Virus record (IMG/VR): IMGVR_UViG_2737471821_000011
Span: 1 to 35,243 of that record
Source of the DNA: a virus
Lineage: Duplodnaviria > Heunggongvirae > Uroviricota > Caudoviricetes
Reading direction: 5' to 3' (one strand)
DNA length: 35,243 bases
Shown piece by piece: positions 8,767-17,208 of the stretch (position 1 is the stretch's first letter; each line of letters starts with the position of its first letter). Made by a program: the position numbers and the translations under genes. The notes beneath the pieces are model-generated. The model was not told the origin of the DNA, searched no databases, and saw only the letters and a program-made list of their open reading frames with translations.

Positions 8767-9548
8767 ACAACGTTTTTACCGCGATACAAAACCGTGACGG
8801 AGAAGCCCTTTCTCGCATGTCAGGTTATGAGCATCAGTACGTCAACAATGACAATGTGGTGAACATGTCAGCAGAGAGGCTTGTTGATGCCCTTTTCAAA
8901 CAGCTGAAACAACTGTTTCCGGCGGCAGTGGTAACCAACCTGAAGACGCCAGAGCAGGAAGTTGCTGCAAAACAGCAGTGGATTGCTGCGTTTGCCGAAG
9001 GGGGGATCCGAACCCGTGAACAGGTTTCTGCTGGTATGCGCCACGCCCGCGCCAGTGAATCTCCGTTCTGGCCGTCGCCAGGGCAATTTATCAAGTGGTG
9101 CAAAGACAGCAAGATGGTTCTTGGCGTCACCATTGACGATGTGATGGCGGAGTTTCACCGGTACAGCAAGGAAAAAAGTTTATATCCTGGTGGTCCCGAA
9201 AGATTCCCGTGGCGGCATCCGGTTATGTACTGGGTCGTATGTGATACCCGCCGTGCAATGTATCAGCGCCAGCTTAGCGAGATTGAGGTTGAGAAACACG
9301 CGCGCCGGCTGCTCGATGATTGGGCGAAAAAGGTGGCTTCCGGACAGCAGATACCCGATCCGGTGATCAGCATACAGGCAAAGTCAGAGCCCATGAGTAC
9401 ACCTCCGGACACAGGGAGAGACGTTTACCATCCACCGGGGCGAAGTTTCGGGTGCATGCCTAACGCCGCCACCCTTGGGGGAATAACACCGGCGCAGTGG
9501 CTGATGGAGGAATACAGGCGGGGAAAGGCGGCAGGATTTATCAAGTAA
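8763..9548 (+). CDS. Replication protein P-like (helicase loader)
   Basis: Segment FPAAVVTNLKTPEQEVAAKQQWIAAFAEGGIRTREQVSAGMRHARASESPFWPSPGQFIKWCKD matches my recollection of lambda P (..RRQWVLAFRENGITTMEQVNAGMRVARRQNRPFLPSPGQFVAWCRE). GTG start at 8763 with GGAGG 7 nt upstream. Confidence 0.75.
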   Translation: MNNVFTAIQNRDGEALSRMSGYEHQYVNNDNVVNMSAERLVDALFKQLKQLFPAAVVTNLKTPEQEVAAKQQWIAAFAEGGIRTREQVSAGMRHARASESPFWPSPGQFIKWCKDSKMVLGVTIDDVMAEFHRYSKEKSLYPGGPERFPWRHPVMYWVVCDTRRAMYQRQLSEIEVEKHARRLLDDWAKKVASGQQIPDPVISIQAKSEPMSTPPDTGRDVYHPPGRSFGCMPNAATLGGITPAQWLMEEYRRGKAAGFIK

Positions 9549-9584
9549 TACCAGCGCGATAGCGCATTTTTTTACGCCTCAACA

Positions 9585-9599
9585 ATTACCTATGAGGTA
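9585..9599. promoter_or_regulatory. Operator-like inverted repeat TTACC-TATGA-GGTAA
   Basis: Perfect copy upstream of a TTGATT -35-like hexamer. Confidence 0.6.
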
Positions 9600-9646
9600 A
9601 CAAAATATTCTAAACTCTATTGATTTCGTGTCTTATGTGGTTTTTA

Positions 9647-9661
9647 ATTACCTTAGAGGTA
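9647..9661. promoter_or_regulatory. Operator-like inverted repeat TTACC-TTAGA-GGTAA
   Basis: Perfect copy; its GAGGT half doubles as the Shine-Dalgarno of the gene at 9666. Confidence 0.6.
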
Positions 9662-9665
9662 AATC

Positions 9666-10010
9666 ATGAGAAAACAGATACAGGCTCTTGGTCGACTCAA
9701 AACAGGCCAGATGAACAAAACAGAATCTGCGTATTGCCAGCACCTTGAGCTGCGTAAACGTGCAGGGGAAATCGCCTGGTATCGATTCGAGGGTATCAAG
9801 CTGCGGTTAGCTGACAACACGTTCTATACGCCAGATTTCGCTGTGATGCTCGCCACCGGAGAGATGGAACTGCACGAAGTGAAAGGTTTCTGGACCGACG
9901 ACGCCAGGGTGAAAACCAAAGTCGCCGCAGATCAGTATCCGTTCCGAATCATCGGGGTAACGGTTAAGCCAAAGAAAGCAGGTGGTGGCTGGAACATCGA
10001 AGAGTTCTGA
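9666..10010 (+). CDS. Small PD-(D/E)XK-fold protein (DUF1064-like)
   Basis: 114 aa; YTPDFAVM...GEMELHEVKG gives a D...E-x-K nuclease-fold signature. Confidence 0.45.
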   Translation: MRKQIQALGRLKTGQMNKTESAYCQHLELRKRAGEIAWYRFEGIKLRLADNTFYTPDFAVMLATGEMELHEVKGFWTDDARVKTKVAADQYPFRIIGVTVKPKKAGGGWNIEEF

Positions 10011-10071
10011 ATCGACGATCTTTTTAGTTATCAATGTAATCAATAAGTTATGTGGATAAGCGAGGGTAAAG

Positions 10072-10506
10072 ATGGAAAGTAATATCAAAGGGTTAGTTGC
10101 CGCCGGGCATGAGATGGCTTCGGAACTGAAAGCAGAATGTGGTGCCGTTGATATGCGTAGTGTGGCAAAGCTGATCAGCGATTTGGCAACGCAACTGGAA
10201 GTGCAACTGGTGCGTGCTAATGCGCTGGCGGCGGAGAATGCAAAGCTGAAGAAGTTCTGCAAAGACGCTGCATTCGATGCCGATTACGAAGCAGAGCTAG
10301 GTATGGAGCGTGGTGGATTCAGTGATGCGCTTAACGAAATCAAAACCCCAGCCACCGATGCTTTTCTGGCTGAAGTACGGGCGCAGGGGGTGGATGCAGC
10401 CATCGAACACCTGATTAACAAATTCCAAAGCACAGGTCACATTGGCGTACCTGTGATGGCACTGGAACATTTCGCCGACCAGCTTCGCAAAGGAGGCAAC
10501 CAGTGA
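10072..10506 (+). CDS. Hypothetical protein (Ead/Ea22-like early gene)
   Basis: 144-aa ORF with RBS GAGGGTAAAG; helical sequence. Confidence 0.4.
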   Translation: MESNIKGLVAAGHEMASELKAECGAVDMRSVAKLISDLATQLEVQLVRANALAAENAKLKKFCKDAAFDADYEAELGMERGGFSDALNEIKTPATDAFLAEVRAQGVDAAIEHLINKFQSTGHIGVPVMALEHFADQLRKGGNQ

Positions 10507-10757
10507 GTAATTCAGCACGACTACAGCTTGGTTTTTCACCGCTATCAAAAACTATCATGCTGGCAAAAATGCGCGATGTTGAAGGTGGACGTATGCGCGT
10601 TGGCAATGATCCAGGTCGTGATGTTACCAATGAGGCTGCTCAATTGGTGTGGCGACTGGTCATGGCTGAAGGTGGTGAGATCGCGTGGGAGCTGGATGAT
10701 GGTTCTCGCATGGTGTTGAAGGCAGAAAAACAGGAGGCAACCAGTGAGCAAGATTGA
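10503..10757 (+). CDS. Hypothetical protein
   Basis: GTG start overlapping the upstream stop (GTGA), preceded by AGGAGG. Confidence 0.4.
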   Translation: MSNSARLQLGFSPLSKTIMLAKMRDVEGGRMRVGNDPGRDVTNEAAQLVWRLVMAEGGEIAWELDDGSRMVLKAEKQEATSEQD

Positions 10758-11274
10758 CTATCAGGTACTGCGTGAGGCAGCAGTAGCAATTGAAACAGTA
10801 GCAACGCCTCAAAAATTGCTGGCATTTCGTATGAAAGTCACACCTCAGGTTGTGCTGGCTCTACTGGATGAACTGGAAGCCAAAGACAAAGCATGGTCCG
10901 CACAGGACAACCATATCAACCAGCAGGCTTACCGAATTGAATCGCTGGAAAAGAAGAATGGCGAGCTGGGAAGATCGCTGGAAGCCGCAGAGAAGCGCAT
11001 AGCAGAACTGGAAGCCGAACCTGTAAGCCAAACTTGCAAGTTGAACGAGCCATCGGGCAACTCTCCGGTAACTCCGGGTGGTTGGATAAGCTGTAGTGAT
11101 CGAATGCCGAAAGGGTATGCTGATGTGTTAGTGACCGACGGCGAGCATGTCGAGGTTAAATGGTGGGATGAATCTGGGTATTGGAATAGTTGGACGGAAC
11201 TTAGCTCAGATATCCTTGCCCATGAAATAACTCACTGGATGCCGCTACCGGAGCCGCCGCAGGAGGCAAAATGA
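10744..11274 (+). CDS. Hypothetical protein with C-terminal DUF551-like domain
   Basis: C-terminus GWISCSDRMPKGYADVLVTDGEHVEVKWWDESGYWNSW...ITHWMPLPEPP resembles the DUF551 pattern common in prophages. Confidence 0.45.
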   Translation: MSKIDYQVLREAAVAIETVATPQKLLAFRMKVTPQVVLALLDELEAKDKAWSAQDNHINQQAYRIESLEKKNGELGRSLEAAEKRIAELEAEPVSQTCKLNEPSGNSPVTPGGWISCSDRMPKGYADVLVTDGEHVEVKWWDESGYWNSWTELSSDILAHEITHWMPLPEPPQEAK

Positions 11275-11624
11275 TGGACTATTCACAGTTAAGTGATTTT
11301 GAAATTAACAGAATGGTAGGAGACATAATTTTTAAAGGCCTTTGGGCGTGTAAACCGGAAACATCAGGGAATAACACCAACAAATGGTATTACGGAAATA
11401 CTGATACAACTTTTGAGCCATTAAACCCTTTACCTGACTACTGCAATAATCCATCGGATGCATGGCCTATTATTGTTGATAATAAAATCAGTCTAACCTG
11501 CCACCAATCTCGCGGTGAGTGGTCAGCTGTTTTTAATGCCGAGAACATTTGCTTTCATGCGAATAATCCACTCCGAGCCGCCATGATTGTATTTCTCATG
11601 ATGCAGGAAAATCAGAATGGCTAA
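11271..11624 (+). CDS. Hypothetical protein
   Basis: 117-aa ORF, ATGA overlap with upstream gene. Confidence 0.45.
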   Translation: MMDYSQLSDFEINRMVGDIIFKGLWACKPETSGNNTNKWYYGNTDTTFEPLNPLPDYCNNPSDAWPIIVDNKISLTCHQSRGEWSAVFNAENICFHANNPLRAAMIVFLMMQENQNG

Positions 11625-11955
11625 ATCAGCAGCAGAGCGCAAAGCCGCTCAGAGAGCCAGACAAGCTGCATCTGGTGTGCGTAAGCTGGAAATTGTGCTT
11701 GATGCTCAGGAAATTGAAATGCTGGAGCGTAACTGTGCCGCGCGTCGCCCAGGGCGTGCGCCTTACGAATTTGGTGAGTATATAGCGTTACTGATCCGCC
11801 AGGATGATGCACGCGTGCGCGGGCGTATAAAATCGATCAGTAGAAAACGTTGCGGTAAGTGCGGCGAGAGAGTTCCAGTTAATTCATGTCCGTGTAATGG
11901 TGACTCACAATGCTGGGTGACTAAAGGCTGGCATGAAACGAAATTAATAGTGTGA
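11617..11955 (+). CDS. Small basic protein with C-terminal Cys4 cluster (candidate DNA-binding regulator)
   Basis: 112 aa; basic N-terminus (RKLEIVLDAQEIEMLER) and CGKCGERVPVNSCPCNGDSQC. Last gene before the packaging genes; its stop codon lies inside a GTGACATGTCAC palindrome. Confidence 0.45.
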   Translation: MAKSAAERKAAQRARQAASGVRKLEIVLDAQEIEMLERNCAARRPGRAPYEFGEYIALLIRQDDARVRGRIKSISRKRCGKCGERVPVNSCPCNGDSQCWVTKGWHETKLIV

Positions 11956-11963
11956 CATGTCAC
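11952..11963. repeat. Perfect 12-bp palindrome GTGACATGTCAC (copy 1 of 3)
   Basis: Read directly; overlaps the stop codon of the 11617..11955 gene. Confidence 0.8.
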
Positions 11964-12004
11964 GAGTAGATTATGCATGATGAATTTGACGGGTTTTGAA
12001 TACT

Positions 12005-12030
12005 GCCGCCAACTATGGCGGCTTTATTTT
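12005..12030 (+). terminator. Intrinsic terminator immediately upstream of the packaging genes
   Basis: Hairpin GCCGCCA-ACTA-TGGCGGC followed by TTTATTTT. Confidence 0.7.
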
Positions 12031-12041
12031 GCATGGTACTA

Positions 12042-12056
12042 TTACCACAACGGTAA
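12042..12056. promoter_or_regulatory. Operator-like inverted repeat TTACC-ACAAC-GGTAA (plus imperfect copy TTACC-ACGGT-GGTTA at ~12060-12074)
   Basis: Perfect copy directly abutting a TACTAT -10-like hexamer (~12037-12042), 20-30 bp before the small terminase start. Confidence 0.55.
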
Positions 12057-12073
12057 CTATTACCACGGTGGTT

Positions 12074-12670
12074 ATGATGTCTGCTGAACCTAAAACCTAT
12101 AAACGCAAATCAACGCAATTTAAGCCACTAACAGCAATGCAGGAGGCTTATTGCCAGTCATACATCAAAACGCCTGAAAACCAGACTCAGGCAGCGATTA
12201 ACGCAGGATTCTCCCCAAATACAGCGGCAGTTAAAGCCAGTGTCATGATGCGCGATGAACGCATTCAAAAACGGATTGCCGAGTTGATGGAGGAGCGCAA
12301 CAAACGAATGCGCGTCAGTGCTGATTACGTTCTCATGCGCCTGGTGGAGATCGACCAGATGGACGTGATCGACATCCTCAACGACGATGGGAGCCTTAAA
12401 CCAATCCGTGAGTGGCCGAAAATCTGGCGCACTACGCTTAGTGGCTTTGATCTGTCATCGACCATCATGAACATGAACGAGGATTCGATAGAGACAATCC
12501 TCAAAAAAATTAAATGGCCTGACAAGGTGAAGAACCTTGAGCTGATTGGTAAGCATGTTGATGTCAACGCGTTCAAAGAACGTCTGGATGTTAATGTGAA
12601 TGTGACAATTGCTGATCGCATAGCAGCAGCCAGGAAGAGACTGAAAGAACGTCAGGATGGCAATCAGTGA
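12074..12670 (+). CDS. Terminase small subunit
   Basis: Position immediately upstream of, and overlapping (GTGA), the large terminase gene. Internal ATG chosen because the track ORF's N-terminal extension covers the terminator and operator. Confidence 0.6.
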   Translation: MMSAEPKTYKRKSTQFKPLTAMQEAYCQSYIKTPENQTQAAINAGFSPNTAAVKASVMMRDERIQKRIAELMEERNKRMRVSADYVLMRLVEIDQMDVIDILNDDGSLKPIREWPKIWRTTLSGFDLSSTIMNMNEDSIETILKKIKWPDKVKNLELIGKHVDVNAFKERLDVNVNVTIADRIAAARKRLKERQDGNQ

Positions 12671-14142
12671 CAGATACAGCGTTATCTCCTGAAGAGCAGT
12701 TAATCGAGGATATTGCAGGGTTCACTCACGATCCGCTTGGCTATGCCCTCTATGCGTTCCCGTGGGGGGAAGAGGGTACTGAACTGGCACATGCCACCGG
12801 TCCACGTCAGTGGCAGGCCGATGCGTTCCGAGAGATACGTGATCACCTGCAGAATCCAGAGACGCGCTATCAGCCGCTTATGCTGGCACGCGCTTCTGGT
12901 CACGGTATTGGTAAATCCGCATTCATCTCAATGCTGATCAACTGGGGCATGTCCACTTGCGAGGATTGTAAGGTCGTGGTGACCGCCAACACCGACAACC
13001 AGCTACGAACGAAGACCTGGCCGGAAATTATCAAGTGGTCGAACCTTGCTATCACGAAAGAGTGGTTTACCTGTACCGCTACCGCGATGTACAGCAATGA
13101 CCCTGGGCACGACAAGCGGTGGCGAGCTGACGCAATCCCCTGGTCTGAGCACAACACTGAGGCATTCGCCGGACTACACAACGAGCGAAAACGCATCATC
13201 GTGGTATTCGATGAAGCGTCGAACATTGCGGATCTGGTGTGGGAAGTTGCTGAGGGTGCGCTTACGGACGAAGACACTGAGATTATCTGGGTGGCGTTCG
13301 GAAACCCTACACGTAACACCGGACGTTTCCGCGAATGTTTCCGCAAATATAAACACCGCTGGAAAACTGCGCAGATTGACAGCCGAACGGTGGAAGGCAC
13401 TAACAAACAGCAGTTGCAGAAATGGGTTGATGACTACGGGGAAGACAGCGACTTCGTTAAAATCCGTGTGCGCGGCATATTCCCTGATGCATCTGAATTG
13501 CAGTTTATCCCTACCGGTCTTACTGATGAGGCAATGAAACGGGTGGTAACCGCTGCGCAGGTGGCGCATGCTCCGGTGATAATCGGTGTTGACCCGGCAT
13601 ATTCAGGCGTTGATGACGCGGTGATATACCTGCGGCAGGGGCTACACAGTAAGGTGCTGTGGACTGGCAACAAGACTACCGACGATCTGATTATGGCGAA
13701 GCGTATCGCTGACTTTGAAGACCAGTATCAGGCTGACGCGGTGTTCATCGACTTCGGTTACGGAACCGGTCTGAAGTCAATCGGTGACGGATGGGGTCGT
13801 ACATGGCAACTTGTTCCGTTCGGTGGCGCGTCTACTGACCCGCAGATGCTCAACAAGCGTGGGGAGATGTTCAATTCATGCAAGACATGGCTGAGGCTGG
13901 GCGGCATGCTGGATGACCAGGAAACAGCAGACGACCTGTCGGCGGCAGAGTACAAAGTTCGAGTGGATGGTAAAATCGTTATCGAACCGAAGGAAGATAT
14001 CAAGGAGCGGCTTGGGCGTTCGCCGGGTAAAGGCGATGCGCTACTGCTGACGTTTGCGTTCCCTGTGTCTAAGCGTCTGCGAATTCCCGGGCAGCAGAAC
14101 CAGCAAGGCAAGGCCATCACAGATTACGATCCCTATGCTTAA
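12667..14142 (+). CDS. Terminase large subunit
   Basis: 491 aa; Walker A-like RASGHGIGKS, Walker B-like IIVVFDEAS, nuclease domain at the C-terminus. Confidence 0.9.
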   Translation: MTDTALSPEEQLIEDIAGFTHDPLGYALYAFPWGEEGTELAHATGPRQWQADAFREIRDHLQNPETRYQPLMLARASGHGIGKSAFISMLINWGMSTCEDCKVVVTANTDNQLRTKTWPEIIKWSNLAITKEWFTCTATAMYSNDPGHDKRWRADAIPWSEHNTEAFAGLHNERKRIIVVFDEASNIADLVWEVAEGALTDEDTEIIWVAFGNPTRNTGRFRECFRKYKHRWKTAQIDSRTVEGTNKQQLQKWVDDYGEDSDFVKIRVRGIFPDASELQFIPTGLTDEAMKRVVTAAQVAHAPVIIGVDPAYSGVDDAVIYLRQGLHSKVLWTGNKTTDDLIMAKRIADFEDQYQADAVFIDFGYGTGLKSIGDGWGRTWQLVPFGGASTDPQMLNKRGEMFNSCKTWLRLGGMLDDQETADDLSAAEYKVRVDGKIVIEPKEDIKERLGRSPGKGDALLLTFAFPVSKRLRIPGQQNQQGKAITDYDPYA

Positions 14143-14192
14143 TCCGCTGGTTGGGATAATGTCGTTGATATCCTCTGATGAGGATAAAACAA

Positions 14193-14212
14193 AGCCAGCT
14201 CATCGGCTGGCT
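14193..14212. terminator. Bidirectional intrinsic terminator between the terminase and the opposite-strand gene
   Basis: Hairpin AGCCAGC-TCATCG-GCTGGCT with GTTTGT on the plus side and TTTGTTTTAT on the minus side; a second hairpin TATCCTC-TGAT-GAGGATA at ~14169-14186. Confidence 0.6.
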
Positions 14213-14216
14213 GTTT

Positions 14217-14228
14217 GTGACATGTCAC
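14217..14228. repeat. Perfect 12-bp palindrome GTGACATGTCAC (copy 2 of 3)
   Basis: Read directly; lies between the bidirectional terminator and the 3' end of the minus-strand gene. Confidence 0.8.
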
Positions 14229-14232
14229 GGTG

Positions 14233-14604
14233 TTATTGCTCGCTTAGCTTCTGCTTCAGCAAGTAACCTTCGAGCATCCAGATTTTGTTTACAGCATTCT
14301 GCCGGGCAATCTTCCGACCAATTTCTGCATCAAAGTTTTCCGGGCTTGCACAGGCGCTCTCTCCGGTGACGGTGAAGCCGTTGCGCAGCACCAGGACGCA
14401 GAACGTCAGCAGAGAAAGTGATTCGTGCGGCTGGTAGTTTACCTCTCCGCCAGTATGTTTCGCTTTTATGGCTTTGCCAAAGGCACCATCTTCTGCTGTG
14501 AAATATGCCTCCTGAGCAATAATGCCTTCGATATGGTCTGGCGTAACGCGCGGTGCCGTTTTGCCTTTCTCAACGATTTCTTTTTCGATTTGCTGGTCGT
14601 TCAT
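14233..14604 (-). CDS. Hypothetical phage protein (possibly N4-gp49/Sf6-gp66-like family)
   Basis: 123 aa; LRNGFTVTGESACASPENFDAEIGRKIARQNAVNKIWMLEGYLL resembles a conserved phage family. Family name from memory, low confidence. Confidence 0.5.
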   Translation of the reverse strand: MNDQQIEKEIVEKGKTAPRVTPDHIEGIIAQEAYFTAEDGAFGKAIKAKHTGGEVNYQPHESLSLLTFCVLVLRNGFTVTGESACASPENFDAEIGRKIARQNAVNKIWMLEGYLLKQKLSEQ

Positions 14605-14718
14605 AATCTCACCTTAAAAAAAATGCCCGGCGAACCAGGCGAACTGGAAGCAATGAGTTATGCCTTCCGTGGCTGTACTGGTTTACAGCATGAAGTCATC
14701 GCAATGGCGTCCTGCTGT

Positions 14719-14760
14719 AAAAAGGGCGGTGGTAGTCCTTCAAGGGAAACCATCACCGCC
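14719..14760 (-). terminator. Intrinsic terminator downstream of the tRNA
   Basis: On the minus strand GGCGGTG...CACCGCC extended imperfect stem followed by CUUUUU (forward A run ~14719-14723). Confidence 0.55.
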
Positions 14761-14803
14761 AAGCCTCTGGAACTTCTGGCATCACGGTCCTTAGGCGTGA
14801 TTC

Positions 14804-14880
14804 TGGCGTGGCATGCAGGATTCGAACCTGCGACCAACCGCTTAGAAGGCGGTTGCTCTGTCCAACTGAGCTAATGCCAC
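14804..14880 (-). tRNA. tRNA-Arg (anticodon UCU), phage-encoded, CCA encoded
   Basis: Hand-folded cloverleaf on the minus strand: acceptor GTGGCAT/ATGCCAC, D-arm GCTC-AGTTGGACA-GAGC, anticodon arm ACCGC-CTTCTAA-GCGGT (anticodon TCT), variable TGGTC, T-arm GCAGG-TTCGAAT-CCTGC, discriminator G, CCA. Confidence 0.85.
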
Positions 14881-15202
14881 AACGCTGAGAGCACTTAGCC
14901 TGTTAAGGCGCCACACTTTGTCGCGGCTCCATAAATGCTCTCATCGTTGTACCCTCGTCTCTTCCGAGGCGTCACACCGAATCGCCGGGATGGTGAATCC
15001 CCGTGCGCGGAATAAAACCGCTCGACTTGCACATTCCGGCTACCTGGTTCGTTTGCCCGAGCAAGGGAGGGTGCCCCTTAAACGTATCCAGACCGCTATC
15101 GGCGCATGTGCCATACGCCGTACTGCTCAAAATAAAAGCTCACTCCACCTGTTCAATTTAACGACAAGCCAGTCAGGTTAATAACCGGAATGAACTCTTT
15201 GG

Positions 15203-15217
15203 TTACCTGAAAGGTAA
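15203..15217. promoter_or_regulatory. Operator-like inverted repeat TTACC-TGAAA-GGTAA
   Basis: Perfect copy about 90 bp upstream of the first head gene, followed by ATGTGGTT at ~15262-15269. Confidence 0.6.
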
Positions 15218-15307
15218 TAATTCGTGCGTTAAATGTCAGCTATCTACGATAAATAAATCATATGTGGTTAAATTGGTAATAATTTAATTGCGTACGGAGT
15301 CATTGAT

Positions 15308-15514
15308 ATGTGCATGGGTAGCTCACCGTCAGTGCCTGCAACACCAGAAGTTCAGGCAGCACCACAGGAGCAGGATGCCGCCGTTGTTGATGCCCGCGAC
15401 GAAGAAACTCGTCGCCGTCGCGCTGCTGCTGGTCGTAGTTCTACGCTGCTTACCGGTTCTCAGGGTGACACATCAACCGCTAATACCAGCGGTAAAACGC
15501 TGCTTGGTCAGTAA
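15308..15514 (+). CDS. Hypothetical small protein preceding the portal gene
   Basis: 68-aa ORF with GGAG RBS; Ala/Thr/Arg-rich. Confidence 0.4.
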   Translation: MCMGSSPSVPATPEVQAAPQEQDAAVVDARDEETRRRRAAAGRSSTLLTGSQGDTSTANTSGKTLLGQ

Positions 15515-15528
15515 CCGGAGTCATTGAA

Positions 15529-17208
15529 ATGGCGGAAACAACTAAAGAGCGATTGAACAAACAGTTCGCACAACTTGAAAGCGAGCGTCAGTCGTTCGAG
15601 CCGCACTGGCGCGAGTTGAGTGATTACATCAACCCGCGTGGTTCCCGCTTTCTGACTTCTGAGGTCAACCGTAACGATCGACGCAATACACGAATTATTG
15701 ATTCGACCGGGACTATGGCAGCGCGCACTCTCGCCAGCGGCATGATGTCAGGCATCACAAGCCCCGCGCGTCCGTGGTTTCGCCTGGCTACGCCAGATCC
15801 TGAAATGATGGATTATGGCCCTGTTAAGTTGTGGCTTGAGGCGGTGCAGAACCGCATGAACGATATGTTCAATAAGTCGAATCTCTATCAGTCGCTGCCG
15901 CAGTTATACGGAAGCCTCGGCACATACAGCACTGGTGCAATGGCAGTGCTGGAAGATGACGAGGACATTATTCGCACAATGCCATTCCCGATAGGCAGTT
16001 ACTACCTGGCTAACTCACCTCGTGGAAGTGTGGACACCTGTTTTCGCAAGTTCTCTATGACTGTTCGTCAGCTTGTTCAGGAGTTCGGGCTAAATAACGT
16101 CAGCGAATCCGTAAAAAGCATGTGGGAAAGCGGCACCTACGAGAAGTGGATCGAAGTGATGCATTCGGTTTACCCGAACATTGACCGCGATACATCGAAG
16201 CTGGATAGCAAGAACAAGCCATTCAAATCGGTTTATTACGAGGTTGGTGGCGATAACGACAAGTTGTTGCGTGAGTCCGGATTCGATGAGTTTCCAATTA
16301 TGGCTCCGCGCTGGGAAGTTAACGGCGAAGATGTTTATGGATCATCATGCCCGGGTATGCTGGCGCTTGGACCTGTTAAGGCATTGCAGCTTCTCCAGAA
16401 GCGCAAGTCGCAGTTGATTGATAAAGCCACCAATCCGCCGATGGTTGCTCCGACTTCCCTCAAGAATCAGCGCGCCTCCCTTCTTCCTGGCGACATCACG
16501 TATATCGATCAGATTACTGGTCAGGATGGCTTCAGGCCTGCTTATCTGGTTAACCCCAGTACAGCAGATTTGGTGGCAGATATTCAGGACACTCGTCAAA
16601 TCATTAACAGCGCCTACTTTGTCGATCTGTTCATGATGTTGCAGAACATCAATACCCGCTCGATGCCTGTTGAAGCGGTGATCGAAATGAAAGAAGAAAA
16701 ACTTCTGATGTTGGGGCCGGTTCTGGAGCGTCTGAACGACGAATGTCTTAATCCTCTCATTGACCGCGCTTTCTCGATGATGGTGCGTAAAAACATGTTG
16801 CCGCCACCGCCTGACGCGATGGAAGGCATGCCCCTGAAGGTCGAATACATTTCCGTCATGGCTCAGGCGCAGAAGTCTATCGGCCTGTCCAGTCTGGCGT
16901 CCACGGTTAACTTCATTGGTCAACTTGCGCAAGCGAAACCAGAAGCTCTCGACAAACTCAACGTTGATCAGGCGATCGATGCATTCGCTGATATGTCTGG
17001 AGTGTCTCCAACCGTCATTGTTCCGCAGGAACAGGTTGAGCAGGCTCGCCAGCAACGGGCACAGCAGCAACAGCAGCAACAAATGATGGCGATGGGGATG
17101 GCGGCGGCACAGGGTGCCAAGACGCTAAGCGAAGCTAAAACTTCGGATCCGAGTGTTTTGTCAGCTATGGCGAATGCAGTTAGTGGTCAGGGTGGGCAAT
17201 CACAATGA
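15529..17208 (+). CDS. Portal protein
   Basis: 559 aa; position after the terminase and before scaffold and capsid; Gln/Ala/Met-rich C-terminus (QQQQQQMMAMGMAAAQG) as in podoviral connectors. Confidence 0.75.
   Translation: MAETTKERLNKQFAQLESERQSFEPHWRELSDYINPRGSRFLTSEVNRNDRRNTRIIDSTGTMAARTLASGMMSGITSPARPWFRLATPDPEMMDYGPVKLWLEAVQNRMNDMFNKSNLYQSLPQLYGSLGTYSTGAMAVLEDDEDIIRTMPFPIGSYYLANSPRGSVDTCFRKFSMTVRQLVQEFGLNNVSESVKSMWESGTYEKWIEVMHSVYPNIDRDTSKLDSKNKPFKSVYYEVGGDNDKLLRESGFDEFPIMAPRWEVNGEDVYGSSCPGMLALGPVKALQLLQKRKSQLIDKATNPPMVAPTSLKNQRASLLPGDITYIDQITGQDGFRPAYLVNPSTADLVADIQDTRQIINSAYFVDLFMMLQNINTRSMPVEAVIEMKEEKLLMLGPVLERLNDECLNPLIDRAFSMMVRKNMLPPPPDAMEGMPLKVEYISVMAQAQKSIGLSSLASTVNFIGQLAQAKPEALDKLNVDQAIDAFADMSGVSPTVIVPQEQVEQARQQRAQQQQQQQMMAMGMAAAQGAKTLSEAKTSDPSVLSAMANAVSGQGGQSQ

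Noticed and set aside
9549-9575. Intrinsic terminator after the P-like gene
   Set aside because: Only a 4-bp GCGC stem before the T7 run; too weak to call with confidence, although the T tract may still cause pausing.
10049-10058. DnaA box TTATCCACA (reverse strand) upstream of the gene at 10072
   Set aside because: Single isolated copy; one match is about what chance predicts for this 9-mer in 35 kb, and the probable origin is the iteron array elsewhere.
11952-11963. GTGACATGTCAC as a CRP or FNR site
   Set aside because: Half-sites are separated by 4 nt (TGTGA-CATG-TCAC) rather than the 6 nt of CRP-family sites, and the copies sit at operon ends rather than at promoters.
14804-14880. tRNA as the prophage attachment site (attL/attR)
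   Set aside because: The tRNA is full length with both halves, sits between terminase and portal genes, and has phage genes on both sides. The integrase is 14 kb away at the window edge, so the att site is presumably outside the window.
14918-15181. Track ORF of 87 aa on the plus strand upstream of the tRNA
   Set aside because: No RBS, lies in the GC-richer leader region of the tRNA, and the sequence looks like non-coding translation.
16345-17082. 245-aa minus-strand ORF inside the portal gene (and similar antisense ORFs inside other structural genes)
   Set aside because: Fully contained in a strongly supported plus-strand gene within a tightly coupled operon; no independent expression signals.
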